From Carcharhinus amblyrhynchos (taxonomy: Eukaryota), in contig OZ336884.1 in assembly GCA_965287045.1 (NCBI GenBank), positions 52,204,001 through 52,268,000 of the forward strand: a stretch of 64,000 nucleotides of DNA, in the 5' to 3' direction. The number at the start of each line of letters is the position of its first letter. Position 1 is the stretch's first letter. Below the pieces are notes generated by a model. It had not been told where the DNA came from, searched no databases, and saw only the letters and a program-made list of their open reading frames with translations. Made by a program: the position numbers and the translations under genes. Below, piece by piece: positions 27,113 to 40,133 of the stretch.

Positions 27113-28409
27113 TAGCCCCAAGAAAGATGGAGTATTTTCCAAAAGGTGAGAAACTAGGAACCGTGAATAAGCAGAGAGATTTACAGATCTAAATATAGAA
27201 ATTGTTTAAAGTTCATGGATATGTACAGAAATAATTAGGGAAGTAATGTTATGCTCACTTTTAGCTTAAGAGGGTTGAATGCAAAGAACATGAAGTTATG
27301 TTACAGCTTTGCAGAGCAGTATTTTAACTTCATCTGGATGACTCTGTTAGCAGGCACTTCATGTCAACTTTCCATTTAATTTGTTCATTTTATTTCATTC
27401 AAACTTCCACATCTATATTTATAATACAAATTGTCAAAGTAAACTTGTCATGCTGCAGTTACACCTCCTCATCAGGAGGAGTGCAGTTGTATCAGCTCCT
27501 CAGCCTGTTCTTGGTGAAACTCCAACTAACTCTACTTCCGTACTTCTCAAATTACTGCGCACTTTGCTAGCATCAGAATTCATAACTTCAAAACAATAAC
27601 TGAAGTACTTCTGCATGCTCCTGCCCAATTATCTTCAGCCTCCTAATCTCACTTCACCTGAAAACTGCACCTGATCATGATTTCCCATGAGCAACACAAT
27701 GGATGTTAGATTTATATGTGTTTTTTTAAAATATTTATCTCAGGTATCATAGGTCAAACTAAGGGTAAGACATTCTATCTAGTATGTTCCACTTCTCTGC
27801 ATTTAAGATTGGTTATTTCTCGATCATATCACAAGGGCATAAACTTGCACTTCAAAGCATACACCCTGTTAATTTTACATACGGGTCACCAAGCACTGGT
27901 CATAAAGCTCTGCATCACTAATCCAGTAAAAGACAGAATACTTAACAGTTTCTATTACTGCCGAGCTAATGGAATTTTTTTATTGCCTTCTATCCCACCA
28001 GGCTTGTATCTCTAAAGTCTTCAAAAACAATTCAGCTCATAAAGACTGATGGTTACTTTGTAATTATACCTCAACATATGCCGCCACTTAACTGTAAATA
28101 ATGTAACTCTATGCCAAAGGATCGCACAGAATGCAAATGAAAAATGGTGTAAGTGATGATACACTGTTAACATATTGGACCATGAGCTGCATACAAATCT
28201 CAGTGCCTATTACAGTTGTGTCAGTGTGTCCATATCAGAGTGACAACACAGATTATTTTCCTCCTTGGCAACAAAGTGGCATTGGTCTTTGCATGGTAAC
28301 ATAACAAACATTGCAAAATTCATTACAAAGTGAACAGAAAGCACAATTTTCCAGAAATATATATGTATATGAATGTTTATAAAGATCCCTTTTGATTGTT
28401 GGACTTCTA

Positions 28410-28910
28410 ATATTCTGGTTACCTTATTATAGAAAGGATATTATTAAACTGGAAAGAATGCAGAAAAGATTTACTAGGATGCTACTGGGACTTGATGGTT
28501 TGAGTTATAAGGAGAAGCTGGATAGATTGAGACTTTTTTCCCTGGAGCACTGGAGGTCTATAAAATGATGAGGGCAATAGATAAGTCAACATCTTTTCCC
28601 AAAGTTAGTGGAGTTAAAACTAGAAGGCATGAATTTAAGGTGAGAGGGGAGAAATACAAAAGGGATCAGAGCCTTTTTTTTAATGCAGGGGATGATGAGT
28701 GTCTGGAACGAGTGGCCAAAGGTAGTAGGAGAGGCAGGTACAATTTTGTATTTTAAAAAGAATTTAGACAGTTACATGAGTAAGATTGGTATAGAGGGAT
28801 ATGGGCCAAATGCCAGCAATTGGGACTAGCTTAATGGTTAAAAACTGAGTGGTATAGACAAGTTAGGCTGTAGGGCCTGTTTCCACGCTGTGAACCTCTA
28901 TGACTCTAAT
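28410..28910 (+). mobile_element. CR1 LINE 3' fragment
   Basis: ORF2 C-terminal remnants (LERMQKRFTRML, TRRHEFKVRG) and 3' tail ctctatgactcta. Confidence 0.85.
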
Positions 28911-29075
28911 ATATTTAGCGTCATTTATGAACCAAACAGTATTATTTGCAAATATAGTTTTCAAAATGTAATTCCTATTGGAAACAGATTTTGATATTTA
29001 TTTCCTAATTGGGAGGACTTGTTCCAACATAAATGTGTGGCTACTTCGAAAAGTAAGCATTTGATTAATAATTAC

Positions 29076-29226
29076 CTTGAGTTTCTGCTTGGTTCTCTCT
29101 GGCTCTACATTTTCAGTATCCACCTTAGTGTCAGCCAGGATCTGTTCTGCTTCTGTCACCCACTTGGCCAGGTCTTTCATGTCATTGTTGAAGGTACGCC
29201 ATTTCTCCACACATCTATCAAAACGC
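29076..29226 (-). CDS. DMD: Dystrophin coding exon, ortholog of human DMD exon 44
   Basis: Translates RFDRCVEKWRTFNNDMKDLAKWVTEAEQILADTKVDTENVEPERTKQKLK versus human RFDRSVEKWRRFHYDIKIFNQWLTEAEQFLRKTQIPENWEHAKYKWYLK. Acceptor cttgtcttctgtacag|G, donor AAG|gtaatt. 151 nt, phases 2/0, joins exon 43 in frame (AT|G). Confidence 0.93.
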
Positions 29227-30939
29227 CTGTACAGAAGACAAGTGCATTTTTTTGTAAATTTGACCACGATTTGAGATGGGTTTATAAATTTGCAAATCAT
29301 AACTCAACAACACCGAACAACGACAAAAATGTTATTTTAAACTGCCTGGGTATTGCAGAGCTCAAATATACAGAACTGGAAGTTGTACATCAAATTCATA
29401 AAGTATTACTTAAGAGTCAAAGTGAAGGCTGACATCATTGTCTTTCCATTGGAGAAGTAGATTTATTACAGCACTCTAATTGAAAAGTTAATTTGAATTT
29501 GTTAGCTGCGTCACCTGCCACCAACAATGCCCTGCCCTGCCCCGCCCACCCCCCACCCCTCAATCCCCACCTATTCTAGTAGGTGGTCACATTTGTGGTC
29601 AGAGTTGATTTGAAAAGAAATAAACTCAACATCAGGTAAAACTATCATCTTTCCTGAAGGAAATGCTTGCTTGCTACATTGAAGTCACTGCCAGTACACA
29701 CGTCAAATATTTAAATACTTTAAACAATGGACAACAGAAGATTTTGGGGTCAGAACTTTTCTACTTAGAATATGTCATCTTCTTTGCAAATTTACCATTT
29801 TGCAAAGGATTTGTTGTACAAATTATAATGATTAAACAAGAAAAACAGAAGGAAATTCACTTATGAAGCATTTGCCACATCACGAGTGTTTTTATTCAAG
29901 TCCTGTTGTTGGTGGTTGTTTGAAAAGACTGGACTGTGAAATTGCAAGGACCTCAACAAAGAACCAGGAAACAATCTAAACTCTGCCACGGAGCCTTATA
30001 CTAAAATGGCTGGGATTTTCCAGTGTCAATCTTCTCAAATGGGTTTGGTGATGGGAGCGGAAAATCTCACGAGAGGCCCAAGTCATGTCTGACATTGGTG
30101 GAAAGTGTCATTGCAATTGTCCCCATCCCCATCACTGACAACATGTCAAATATTTAATAATTTATACCCCTTTATAATTATAGTTTGGCTACAGAACAAA
30201 AACCACAGAGCTTCAAAGCAATTTGTTGCATCATGAGGACTCTGAAGCGTTTCTGATAGATTTGATAAGGTGCCATATAAATGTAAACTTTTCCATTAAA
30301 ATGTTGGAGCACCAGTGAGAGCCACAAAAGGAGCAGAGCACCCCTAATTTAGCAGACAGCATTTCAAAGCTCCACTGGAGCAGCATCTGCACTTGTGAAT
30401 AGAAATGTCTGTTGCTGACAGATATCACGCATGGTCTCCTATTTTCTCGAGTTATAGTGAGCTGAATATGTGGCCAGCCAAAAAAGACTGGAGGTACAGA
30501 TCAGCCATTTGTCAGATTGAATGGAGAACAGGTTCAAAGGGATAAATGGCCTATGCTTGCTCCTATGGTTGGGGCTAATGCATGAACCATGTGATATCTG
30601 GCCAAAGTGCTCTGAAAATGACTGATGCATGTAAAACCATATCCTAGCTCAAGTCTGAGCCTTCATAAGGGGAGGGCAAGTAACTGGGAGGAATAAAGGT
30701 ATTGCTTATCTACAGAGCAAAATTAGTTCTTGTATTACAGGTAAGGAAAATCAGATTAAGCAATCAGTTTGAATCAGTCTACTTCTGTCCCTGTGTTCCA
30801 TCATTAAATACATACAAGCCTGTGATGGACAGATTTCTGGTCTCAACAAGTGGAGGACATGGGGTTTTGGCAGACATGGCGTTTGAGTGGCTGAACAGGC
30901 AAGAAGGATCAAATTGTCTGCTTCTTACTCCTTTTCAGC

Positions 30940-31310
30940 CCACTGAGCCTGCTCCACTATTCAATTTGATCTTCTACCATTTTCCCCATGTTATCGCCAT
31001 ATACCTTGATGTAACCAATCTCTAAAAATTTATTGGTTTCTGTTTTGAATATGCAGTAGAGAATTCCAAAGATTCAACACCATCTGTGCAAATAAATTTC
31101 TCATCTCAGTCTACCCTTGATGTCGAGATTATGTTTTGTGGTTTTAGATTCACCAGCCAAGGGAAAACATCTTATCTACATCCACCCTGTCTTGTCCTGT
31201 CAGAATTTTATAAGTTTCAAATGAGGTCACGGTTTATTCTTTGAAACTCTAGGGAATACACGCCCAGCCTCTCATCATGAAATAATCCCATCATTCCAGG
31301 GATTTAATTG
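30940..31310 (-). mobile_element. Degenerate CR1 3' fragment
   Basis: Antisense CR1 motifs gagcctgctccactattcaat and agagaattccaaagattcaac. Confidence 0.65.
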
Positions 31311-31379
31311 GAGCATATCCATGATTTCTCCCTCCCAGAGATTCTGCTCCAATACATTATTTTTTTCCCAAGAGCCAGA

Positions 31380-32110
31380 GTCACTTCCAAAACTGCTATG
31401 GGAACCTGCACTACATTTTCTTGCTTTCCATATTTTTAACCCATTATATCAACCGGCCCTGCATCCTTTAATAGGAATTTTAATTCATGGCAAGTGGGAT
31501 GAGCAAATTCTCCATGTAACTTGAAGACAGTTAGCTTTTTTTTCTCAAATTCCTATCACTTGATGCCATGAGCACTTCTGTAACATTGAATAGAGATGCT
31601 GGTTTATTTATAAAAGGGATGCAATAATGCCCTGAATGAAAAATCAGTAGATTTTCAATTTACCCTAAGAAACTACTTTATTATTTCTAACTTCATTTGT
31701 ATCTTTTTCATGGATGGCTTGCTCAGCTGTAATGGTATATCATTAGATAATGCATCTGCACTATTGAAGTGGCTTATTCCAGCTATTTTACATGGAATCA
31801 CCACACTTTGCAATGACTTTAACGTGCTGTCTTCCCCAAACCTTATGCAAGTAGAACTTGTGTTCCTTGACCTTACTTTGATCCTACTTGTTGAATCCAA
31901 TTAATGTTTCAACCAATCCATTCCACATACCGTGCACATGCGTGCACTATCCAACACGGTTTAATTAAATGTATCCACAACTACATTCATCACCAGCTTG
32001 AAGCTTATCTCAGATTGATCAATATCATCACCATCCCCTTTTGAACATTTGCATCATGCATCACATTGAAAAACCCATTATGCAGTAAATTGTCCCAAAT
32101 AGAACAATGA
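31380..32110 (-). mobile_element. Ty1/Copia (GalEa-like) LTR retrotransposon relic: protease and start of integrase
   Basis: Minus-strand motifs in order: VLDSARMCTVCGMDWL (LDSA at 31943-31954), RFGEDSTLKS..VVIPCKIAG...NDIPLQLSKPSMKK.QMKLE, SGHYCIP (31615-31635), KLHGEFAHP..ELKFLLKDAG (from 31522). Contains stops and frameshifts. Confidence 0.72.
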
Positions 32111-32293
32111 TGTTTCAAATCATGTTTGAATTAATAATCCTCTAATGTTATGAAGAGTCTAAGTTTATGTTGAATGCATATACATATATATGTTTTGTTA
32201 AGATAAAAATGGTTCCTGTTTAATTTAGCCTTTGTTTGTGACCCTTGGTGCCTGAATGTCTGCATAGACCTGAGACTGAAGGCTTTCAGATTT

Positions 32294-32595
32294 GGCATGG
32301 TGCCACAATGGTTAGCACTGTTGTCTCAGTGCCAGGGAACCAGGTTCAATTCCGGCCTCAGTCACTGTCTGTGTGGAGTTTGCACTTTCTCCCCGTGTCT
32401 GCATGGGTTTCCTCCGGGTGCTCCGATTTCCTCCCACAATCCAAAAATGCGCATGATAGGTTGATAGGCCATGCTAAATTCCTCCATAGTGTTCCAGAAT
32501 TTGTAGATTACAGAGGTAGGGCTTGGGTGGGATTATTATCGGTGCAGATTCAATGGGCTGAATGGCCTCCTTCTGCACTGTAGGGATTCTGTGAT
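32294..32595 (+). mobile_element. HE1-type V-SINE
   Basis: ggcatggtgccacaatggttagcactg ... ttctgcactgtagggattctgtgat. Confidence 0.88.
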
Positions 32596-33539
32596 GGGCA
32601 TTTTGAATGAGGTCTTGCAATCCTGAAGATTAAATACATGGGTTAAGAAGGTTGAAAGTTCAGTGACTGTAGAAAAAAAATAAAAGCACTTTACATTATG
32701 CCAAGAGGCAGTTTTCCAGTGACAAATATGCCAGTAAGACATGAGTTGGGTGTGTGTGTGGTTGCGGGGAGTGGGGACACCAGTTGTTCAGACTCTGCGT
32801 CACACAGAAAAGACAGTGATTTTAACCTCTCTGAGAAAAAAAACTGCAAGGATAGTGGGGTTAACTGAATAATTAGTTATGGGACTCAGTAAAATGATCA
32901 GTTTAAGATATTTGCTACTGGAAGACTGAGCTCAGGGAACTCATTTGTTTGCAGAAAGAATCAGTGGGAAATCATTCTTGGATGCTCTATAATTGATTTC
33001 ATCCATTCTGCTCAAAAAGTAACTCTGAATCGAATCTCCTGTATGATTAAAAATTCTTTTTAGGTTTCCAACCCACACCTTTAAAAAACTATCTTCTGCA
33101 ACCATGGATTTCAGCCAGATGTTGAAGTACAAAACAAGACAATTCTTTTCCTTGACAGTAAGTTTATTCACAGGACAGTATGCAATCTTACAAATTTTTG
33201 TTTCCAAATCCCACCTACTGCATGTCCCAGTTGACTCTCTTCAGACAAAATCCAAGTTCTTAATTAAACATAAACAACACTTGTGTACCTTTACAAAGTG
33301 AGCAAACTATTAGCAGTGTGATCCATTCAACTATGAACTGGAAGGCCAGTAAAAAAAAATTATAACCAACACATGAATAAGTTTCTGGATGCAATATAGG
33401 AAAATTTGGGTGGGGGGGTGTCAGGCAACAATAGCACCTCTCACAGATGGGCTTACCAGGCTCTTTGGAGTGACTCATCCTGTATTAGTTTTCATCTTCA
33501 TCAACATTCACCTGTGGTTTCAAATAGCTGTTGCAGTGA

Positions 33540-34400
33540 CTGGTGGAGTAGTGGATAAGGTGGAGGGCTGTTGTAGGCTGCAAAGGGACATTGATAGGAT
33601 GCAGAGCGTGGCAGATGGAGTTTAACCCCGACAAGTGCAAGGTGATTCATTTTGATAGGACAAATTTGAAAGCGGATTATAGGGTCAACAGCAGGGTTCT
33701 GAGGAATGTGGAGGAACAGAGAGATCTTGGGGTTCATGTCCACAGATATCTGAAGGTTGCCATCAAATGGATTGAGTCGTGAAGAAGGCTTATAGTATGT
33801 TAGCGTTTATTAACGGGGTTTTGAGTTTAAGAGTCGTGGGGTTATGCTGCAACTATACAGGACCTCAGTGAGACCACATTTGGAATATTGTGTGCAGTTC
33901 TGGTCACCTCATTATAAGAAGGATGTGGAAGCATCCAGAGGAGATTTACCAGGATGCTGCCTAGTTTGGAGGGCAGGTCTTACGAGGAAAGGTTGAGGGA
34001 GCTGGGGCTTTTCTCTTTAGAGCAGAGGAGGATGAGAGGTGACTTAATAGAGGTTTATAAAATGATGAGGGGGGTGGATAGAGTGGACATGCAGAGACTA
34101 TTTCCTCAGGTGGATGTAGCTGTTACTAGGGGGCATAGCTATAAGGTTCACGGTGGGAGATCTAGGATGATATCTGAGGTAGATTCTTCACTCAGAGTGG
34201 TTGGGGTGTGGAATGCACTACCTGCTATGGTAGTGGAGTCGGACACTTTAGGAACTTTCAAATAGCTATTGGATGGGCACATTGAACACACCAGAATGAT
34301 AGGGAGTGGGATAGCTTGATCTTAGGTTTGGACATAGCTCAGCACAACATCGAGGGCCAAAGGGCCTGTACTGTGCTGTACTGTTCTATGTTTTATGTTC
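33540..34400 (+). mobile_element. CR1 LINE 3' fragment
   Basis: WQMEFNPDKCKVIHF and SYEERLRELGLFSLEQRRMRGDLIEVYK; tail ctgtactgttctatgttttatgttc. Confidence 0.92.
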
Positions 34401-35439
34401 CATAAAAATGTCCACACTTTGTTATCCTTTTCAATGGGTGAGTCTCATAACCTAAGTGACATAGGAATTTGTCTACCTTGGCACATGAAGATTGATTTCT
34501 GTAGATGAGGTGGATGAAATCTGAAGTCCAAAGGTCTTAAAGACAGGCGAACAGAGTGTTTTGGATGTGTAGAACTTGACCAAACACAGAAGGCATCCTG
34601 GTCAGTCACTGTATCTGGCTGAATAGACTCATCTCATCATTGGGCCAGGACAAGAGAGTGGGGCTCTCAATGAGCAACTCTCCCTCACTATAGTACAATT
34701 CACATGCAAGCCATGCTCATCATCTTTTTAACATCTGTTGTCTGGTGTCCATCGATCACAATGAGAAGCAATGCAGTTACAAATACAAAGTTATAAGAGA
34801 ATCTAGCTATAAATAAGTTATAAGATTACAAGAATAGCTCTCCTATAAAGTAGGGATTAAAAAGTAAAAGCAGAGTCAAACTGCTGGACAAAGTTTTAGA
34901 AGTTTATAGTTATGCCTGGGAATAATTATGTGCTCAAGAATAACAAATCCCCTAACTCAAGGCAATTCTGAAAAGTCAGGATTTGATCTTTACATCACCT
35001 CAGCGAGGCACTGGCAAGTTGTACGGTAATTCAACAAAGGATAACCTGAAAGATTATCTGAAATAATTTGTTAACTGATGTTGCAAGGAAGTGAGCAATA
35101 TCTGTATCTCTGAATTTCCTGTTTGATGAAAGATGTTAACTAAAATTGGAGGATGCTGGCGAAAGGCAGCATAAGTATTCAACGTGTTTCCTGCTGGTTC
35201 TACTCTTACATGGCATGAATATTGAGCATTTCTCCACGTATAACTTGTCGTTGTAGGGTCATGATGACAGTTCTCCTCTTAACTGTGATAGAGCTATCTT
35301 AGACTCAACAGCATTCTACTGAGGCCCATCTTTCTCAACTTAAAGTGAGAGTCATCACCCAAGGAGTATGCCCGATCTGGAATAGTCCCAACAGGGGCCA
35401 GGATTATAATTCGCTTCAACAAGTCAAATGACAATGAAG

Positions 35440-36790
35440 GAGTGATGTAGCAGTGGATATGTATTCACTGGAAGTTGGAGCCATGAACCTGCACACAGGC
35501 AGTTCAGGCCTAGGGTCATTATTAACTGGAAGGAGATAAAAATGTAAGGGGGTGCTTGCCTGAACAACTGAGCAGTCCAATTGTCCCAGCTGGGACACTC
35601 TCGCACAAAACATAGCTCCTGGGGAAATGCCAAGAACAGAACATGCACATCTACATCATATCTGCTGACATTGACGAAGGCTTGTGCTAGTCAGTTGTGA
35701 AGCCTTTGGAAAGTAATGGAAAAATCCTGTGTTCTGAGAAATTCCTTAAAATGATTTGACAGTTCCATCAGAGCATTCTCACATGCTTCTCCATACGATG
35801 GTAAGTCTTCTCACCCATTCCCAATCACTAATCGAATCAAACAAAGTTGTGTGCCAACATCAATCCTCCTCAGCATGTTTTTTTTCTCTATAATATTTCA
35901 TTATGGTTATCCTGATGTTAAAATCAAACATTGCATGGATGGGAAACCTGGGGTGACTCAAGACCAATGTTTCCAAGAAGACATTTTGCAATTTTCTATT
36001 TGCTAGCCGTCAGTTCAGAATTATACATGCAATGTAGCATGGACTTTTTCTCCAATGCACACGATGACTTTGGACTTACAACCAGTATGAAGAAAAGTGA
36101 AGTAATGTACCAGCCTGCTTCACTCAGAAAAGCCCTCTCTCCTACCCTAAGTTTTAGTTCATTACCAGAACCTGTCAGCCCTGGATAAGTTACTTCACTC
36201 AACAGCACACTCCCTCAGGCTGTTTTTACTGATGGCAAGACACATGCAAGAATTGTCATAGTGAATGTAGCCTTTGGTAGACTTCAAACATCAGTCTGTA
36301 AATTAAGATTTGATTTTGATTTAATTTATAATCGTCACATGTATTAGTATACAGTGAAAAGTATTTTTTCTTCCATACTAATTCTGCTTACTTAGAGCAA
36401 AGATCCTGTCCACTCCAAGACTTGGACTGTGTACCAGTCTCTTTCCAAGAAAGTCAACCACTTTCGCTTGAGCTGCCTTCAGAGGGTTCTGAAGCTCAGA
36501 TGGTAGGACAAAACACCAGGCATTGGAGGTGCTCACCCGAGCTGGCTTCCACACAATATCGAGACAGTCAGAATGTTTGACAGCCACTTACCAAAGCAAC
36601 TCTTTCATACAGAGCTCGAGTATTCTCATGGCAGTCAAATAAAGATCCACAGGATATGCTGAAGGTTTCACTTGTGCATTTTGATATCAACTTTGAGTCC
36701 TGGGAGAAGCTCACCCAAACTCCCCAAATGACAAACATAATAACTTTCCCCTCAAACGATGAACAAGGCAGTACAATTTGGGTGTTGTGA
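35440..36790 (+). mobile_element. RTE-clade LINE remnant (RT region), degenerate
   Basis: KCQEQNMHIYIISADI..KA, PFPITNRIKQSCVPTSILLSMFF, FGLTTSMKKSEVMYQPA and ARIVIVNVAFGRL are RTE/BovB-type RT motifs. Confidence 0.75.
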
Positions 36791-38045
36791 ATAGAGAAAA
36801 TGGAGTCTTTCTGGATCAATTATCTAAATTAAATCAGTTGCTCTTCTTCACCTATGCTTAACTTATCTTGCACCTGTAGTACCTGTCAGTGTTTACAAGT
36901 GCCATATGTGTCAAACATGTGTCAAACATGATCTCCTCTGTGAATTCAATATGGAGTTATTTGATGAGATTTATTGGCACAAACACTGAAAGATTCATTT
37001 TGCGTTTGCTGCTTCACTTCTAGCTAGCCCGATAATAGTAACACAGATCAAATATAAGCCCTATGCAGTGAATATGCAATAAAAGTGCTCTATTTTAATG
37101 ATGGTGTCTGTTGATGGCTTTTGGAAACAATTATGGAACATTATTAGTCCATTCAGGGAGTCTAAATAAGCTATTTGCATTTCCATTGTTTCCATTATTA
37201 GTCATGTACTGAATATAGTGAATTCTAATGTATGGCTAATTAAGGCAAGACTCAGTTCACAGGAAAGAATCTGAACAATCTCATTCGTGACACATCCTGC
37301 TGTAAAAAATTCCCAATTAAAAGTTAAAATACAAATCCAGGACTCAAGAGTAAGTGCAACATTTTCCCTAAATATCCCAAGTTATGCTCATCGCATATTT
37401 GATTATCTTATTGCAATTAGACGCCAAAACGATCGCAGCAAAATTTTTTATACACCTGACTGAAATACTGCAAAATATAGGAACAAAGAACTAATTTTCA
37501 AAAACATTCAGGCAGTCAATAGAATAGCGTTTATTTCCACTAGGTTTATTTGGATCCATTAAGCAAGGTATATATTAAGGAGGTTGTTCATGAATATTCT
37601 ATATTTTAAAATAAATTTGCCCAGCTTTGATTCGTTTTCAAGCTGCACCCATTTTGCTGCGCCAAACTGTATTTTTAAATGCTAACTTGCCTCATATTTT
37701 TAGTCACAGACAGCTCTAAATGCATTTTCACAAGTTGGAGTCCTGTGATTTTGCTTCTAGTGTTCATCTTTCCTTCTGAATGTTTTAAATCATACTGTTA
37801 AAATGGAACTAAGTTGACTGTGTATGTCAAAGTCAAGACTAATATTGAACTTATTCTCCCGCATTTTACAAACAGCAATTTGCTTAAGCGCTGATCTCAT
37901 TCACCAAACTGACGGCACTTTCTTTACTGCATGCAAAAAGAATATACAACTGAAATTCATATAAACATCAAAAAATGAAATCAGATTTTAGTTTAATTGG
38001 GCACAGTGGCCTGATATGCTAAACAAAATTTTTGGAACTAGATTT

Positions 38046-38797
38046 TGGCGAAAAACTGCAGCAGGCGACGGTGCAGAGGGACCTCGGGGTCCTTGTGCAT
38101 GAGTCGCAAAAACCCAGCCTGCAGGTGCAGCAGGTGGTCAGGAAGGCGAATGGGATGCTGGCCTTCATAGCGAGGGGGATTGAATATAAAAGTAGGGAGG
38201 TCTTGCTGCAGCTGTATAGGGCATTGGTGAGGCCGCAGCTGGAGTACTGTGTGCAGTTTTGGGCGCCGCATCTGCGCAAGGATATTTTGGCCCTGGAGGG
38301 AGTGCAGAGGAGGTTTACTAGGCTGATACCGGAGTTGAGGGGATTGAGCTATGAGGAGAGGCTGAATAAACTAGGCTTGTACTCGTTAGAGTTTAGAAGA
38401 ATGAGGGGAGATCTCATTGAGACGTATAAGATGATGAATGGGATGGATAGGATAGAGGTGGAGAGACTCTTCCCGCTCAAAAAAGACAGTAGGACTAGGG
38501 GGCACAGCCTCAAGATAAAGGGGAGGCGGTTTAGAACGGAGTTGAGGAGGAACTTCTTCACTCAAAGGGTGGTGAATCTCTGGAATTTTCTGCCCGTTGA
38601 AGTGGTGGAGGCTGCCTCGCTAAATATTTTTAAGAAGTGGGTTGATGGGTTCTTGATAAGAGAGGGGATTAAGGGTTATGGGGAGAGGGCGGGAAAGTGG
38701 AACTGAGCCACGACAGATCAGCCATGATCTTATTGAATGGCAGGGCAGGCTTGAAGGGCTAGACGGCCTACTCCTGCTCCTATTTCTTATGTTCTTA
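38046..38797 (+). mobile_element. Young 5'-truncated CR1 LINE with uninterrupted ORF2 C-terminus
   Basis: ORF 38032-38706 (QRDLGVLVHES...LYRALVRPQLEYCVQFW...RRMRGDLIETYK); tail ttcttatgttctta. Confidence 0.95.
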
Positions 38798-39792
38798 GAT
38801 GTCAACATTAATTTCCACAAATTTCTGGTCTAAGTTTTGGTTTTAGTTTGGTTACTGCAAGATTAGATACTGAATAGCCATACTGCAGTGTGCGCATCCG
38901 TATTGTGAATGAAGTTAAATACTTACGTGCTGCTTCACATTGTAAGCATGTGGTCTGATAGAGAAGGCTGAATGGGAGACACCCGAAGAAACATGATTGT
39001 GAAAAAAAAATTTTTTGATGTGTAGTTTCCTCTTTTATTTTGTTTCCTGCATCTCGTTGTGTGGCATATGTGTGGCAGAACTCTATTAGCCTGCTGCCCT
39101 GCACAGGCAACTCATGCCTCTGATATTTCATATTGCATTTTCCAAATGCTTATGTGCCTGTCTGCAGTGGGTTTGGGAAAGACAACAAATTTCAAAGGAG
39201 AGATTAGCCACACTGGGTTGTTACTCTTATAATGCATAAAGCTGAAGTTTAATTTGACAGGAGAGTTTGGATTGAACCGGTTAGAGAATATAGATTCAGT
39301 TTTTCTACATCAGACGAAAGTCCAAAACAGGGTCTTAACCTTCAAATGAAAAATGAATAGTCAAACAGAAGAACGGTTAAATCATTCTCAAGTCTGCAAA
39401 AGATGTAGAAATTGCCACGACAAAGTGGGGGAACAGCGTAAACAATTTTCTTGTAAAGAAGTATGATATAAGATTGTTAGGTGTAGAAATACATTAAGAT
39501 AACAAAGTAGAAAGCTGAATGAAAAATTTAGATGAATCAGGATTCTATAGGTGGCTTAAATGTGTGGGCTGCAGTTGGCAGATAGGTTCAACAGTAATTG
39601 CACAAATTAAAAGATCATCCAGATGTTTGCAGGTTCATAGTTCTGATTTTTTACAACTTTCTTTTTAATTGGAAGCAACATATCATATCATAGGTAGATT
39701 TGCCCTGTAGAAAAATTAAAGGGAAACTTGGCCAAATTTTTCTCACAGGATTCTGAACAAATATCAGAGAGGAAATTTTGTTGAATTCCGAC

Positions 39793-40133
39793 ATAACGGA
39801 ACGAGGCCATTCAGCCCATCAAGTCTGCACCAACTCTCTGACAGTGTGTCTTACCCAGGCCCATGTTGTAGTTGCTTAATCCCACACATTTACCATGGCT
39901 AATTCATCTAACCTCCACATCTTGGGACACTAGGGGTCAATTTAGCATGACTAATCCACCTAACCTGCGCATCTTTGGACGATGGGAGGAAACTGAAACA
40001 CCCGGAAGAAACCCACGCAGGCACAGGGAGAATGTGCAATCTCCACATAGACAGCGACCCAAGGCCAGAATTGAACCCAGGTTCCTGGTGCTGTGAGGCA
40101 GTGATGCAAACCACTTTGCCACTGTGCCTTCCC
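39793..40133 (-). mobile_element. HE1-type V-SINE
   Basis: Antisense core gaaacccacgcaggcacagggagaatgtgcaa and head gctgtgaggcagtgatgcaaaccac. Confidence 0.85.

Larger units (their letters stand above)
1..29075 (-). other. DMD: 5' part of DMD intron 44 (continues beyond the window)
   Basis: Follows the exon-44 donor; no exon-45-like peptide (ELQDGIGQRQ... type) was recognised in this interval. Confidence 0.75.

Noticed and set aside
36907-36931. 11-bp tandem duplication atgtgtcaaac
   Set aside because: Ordinary slippage event with no further structure.
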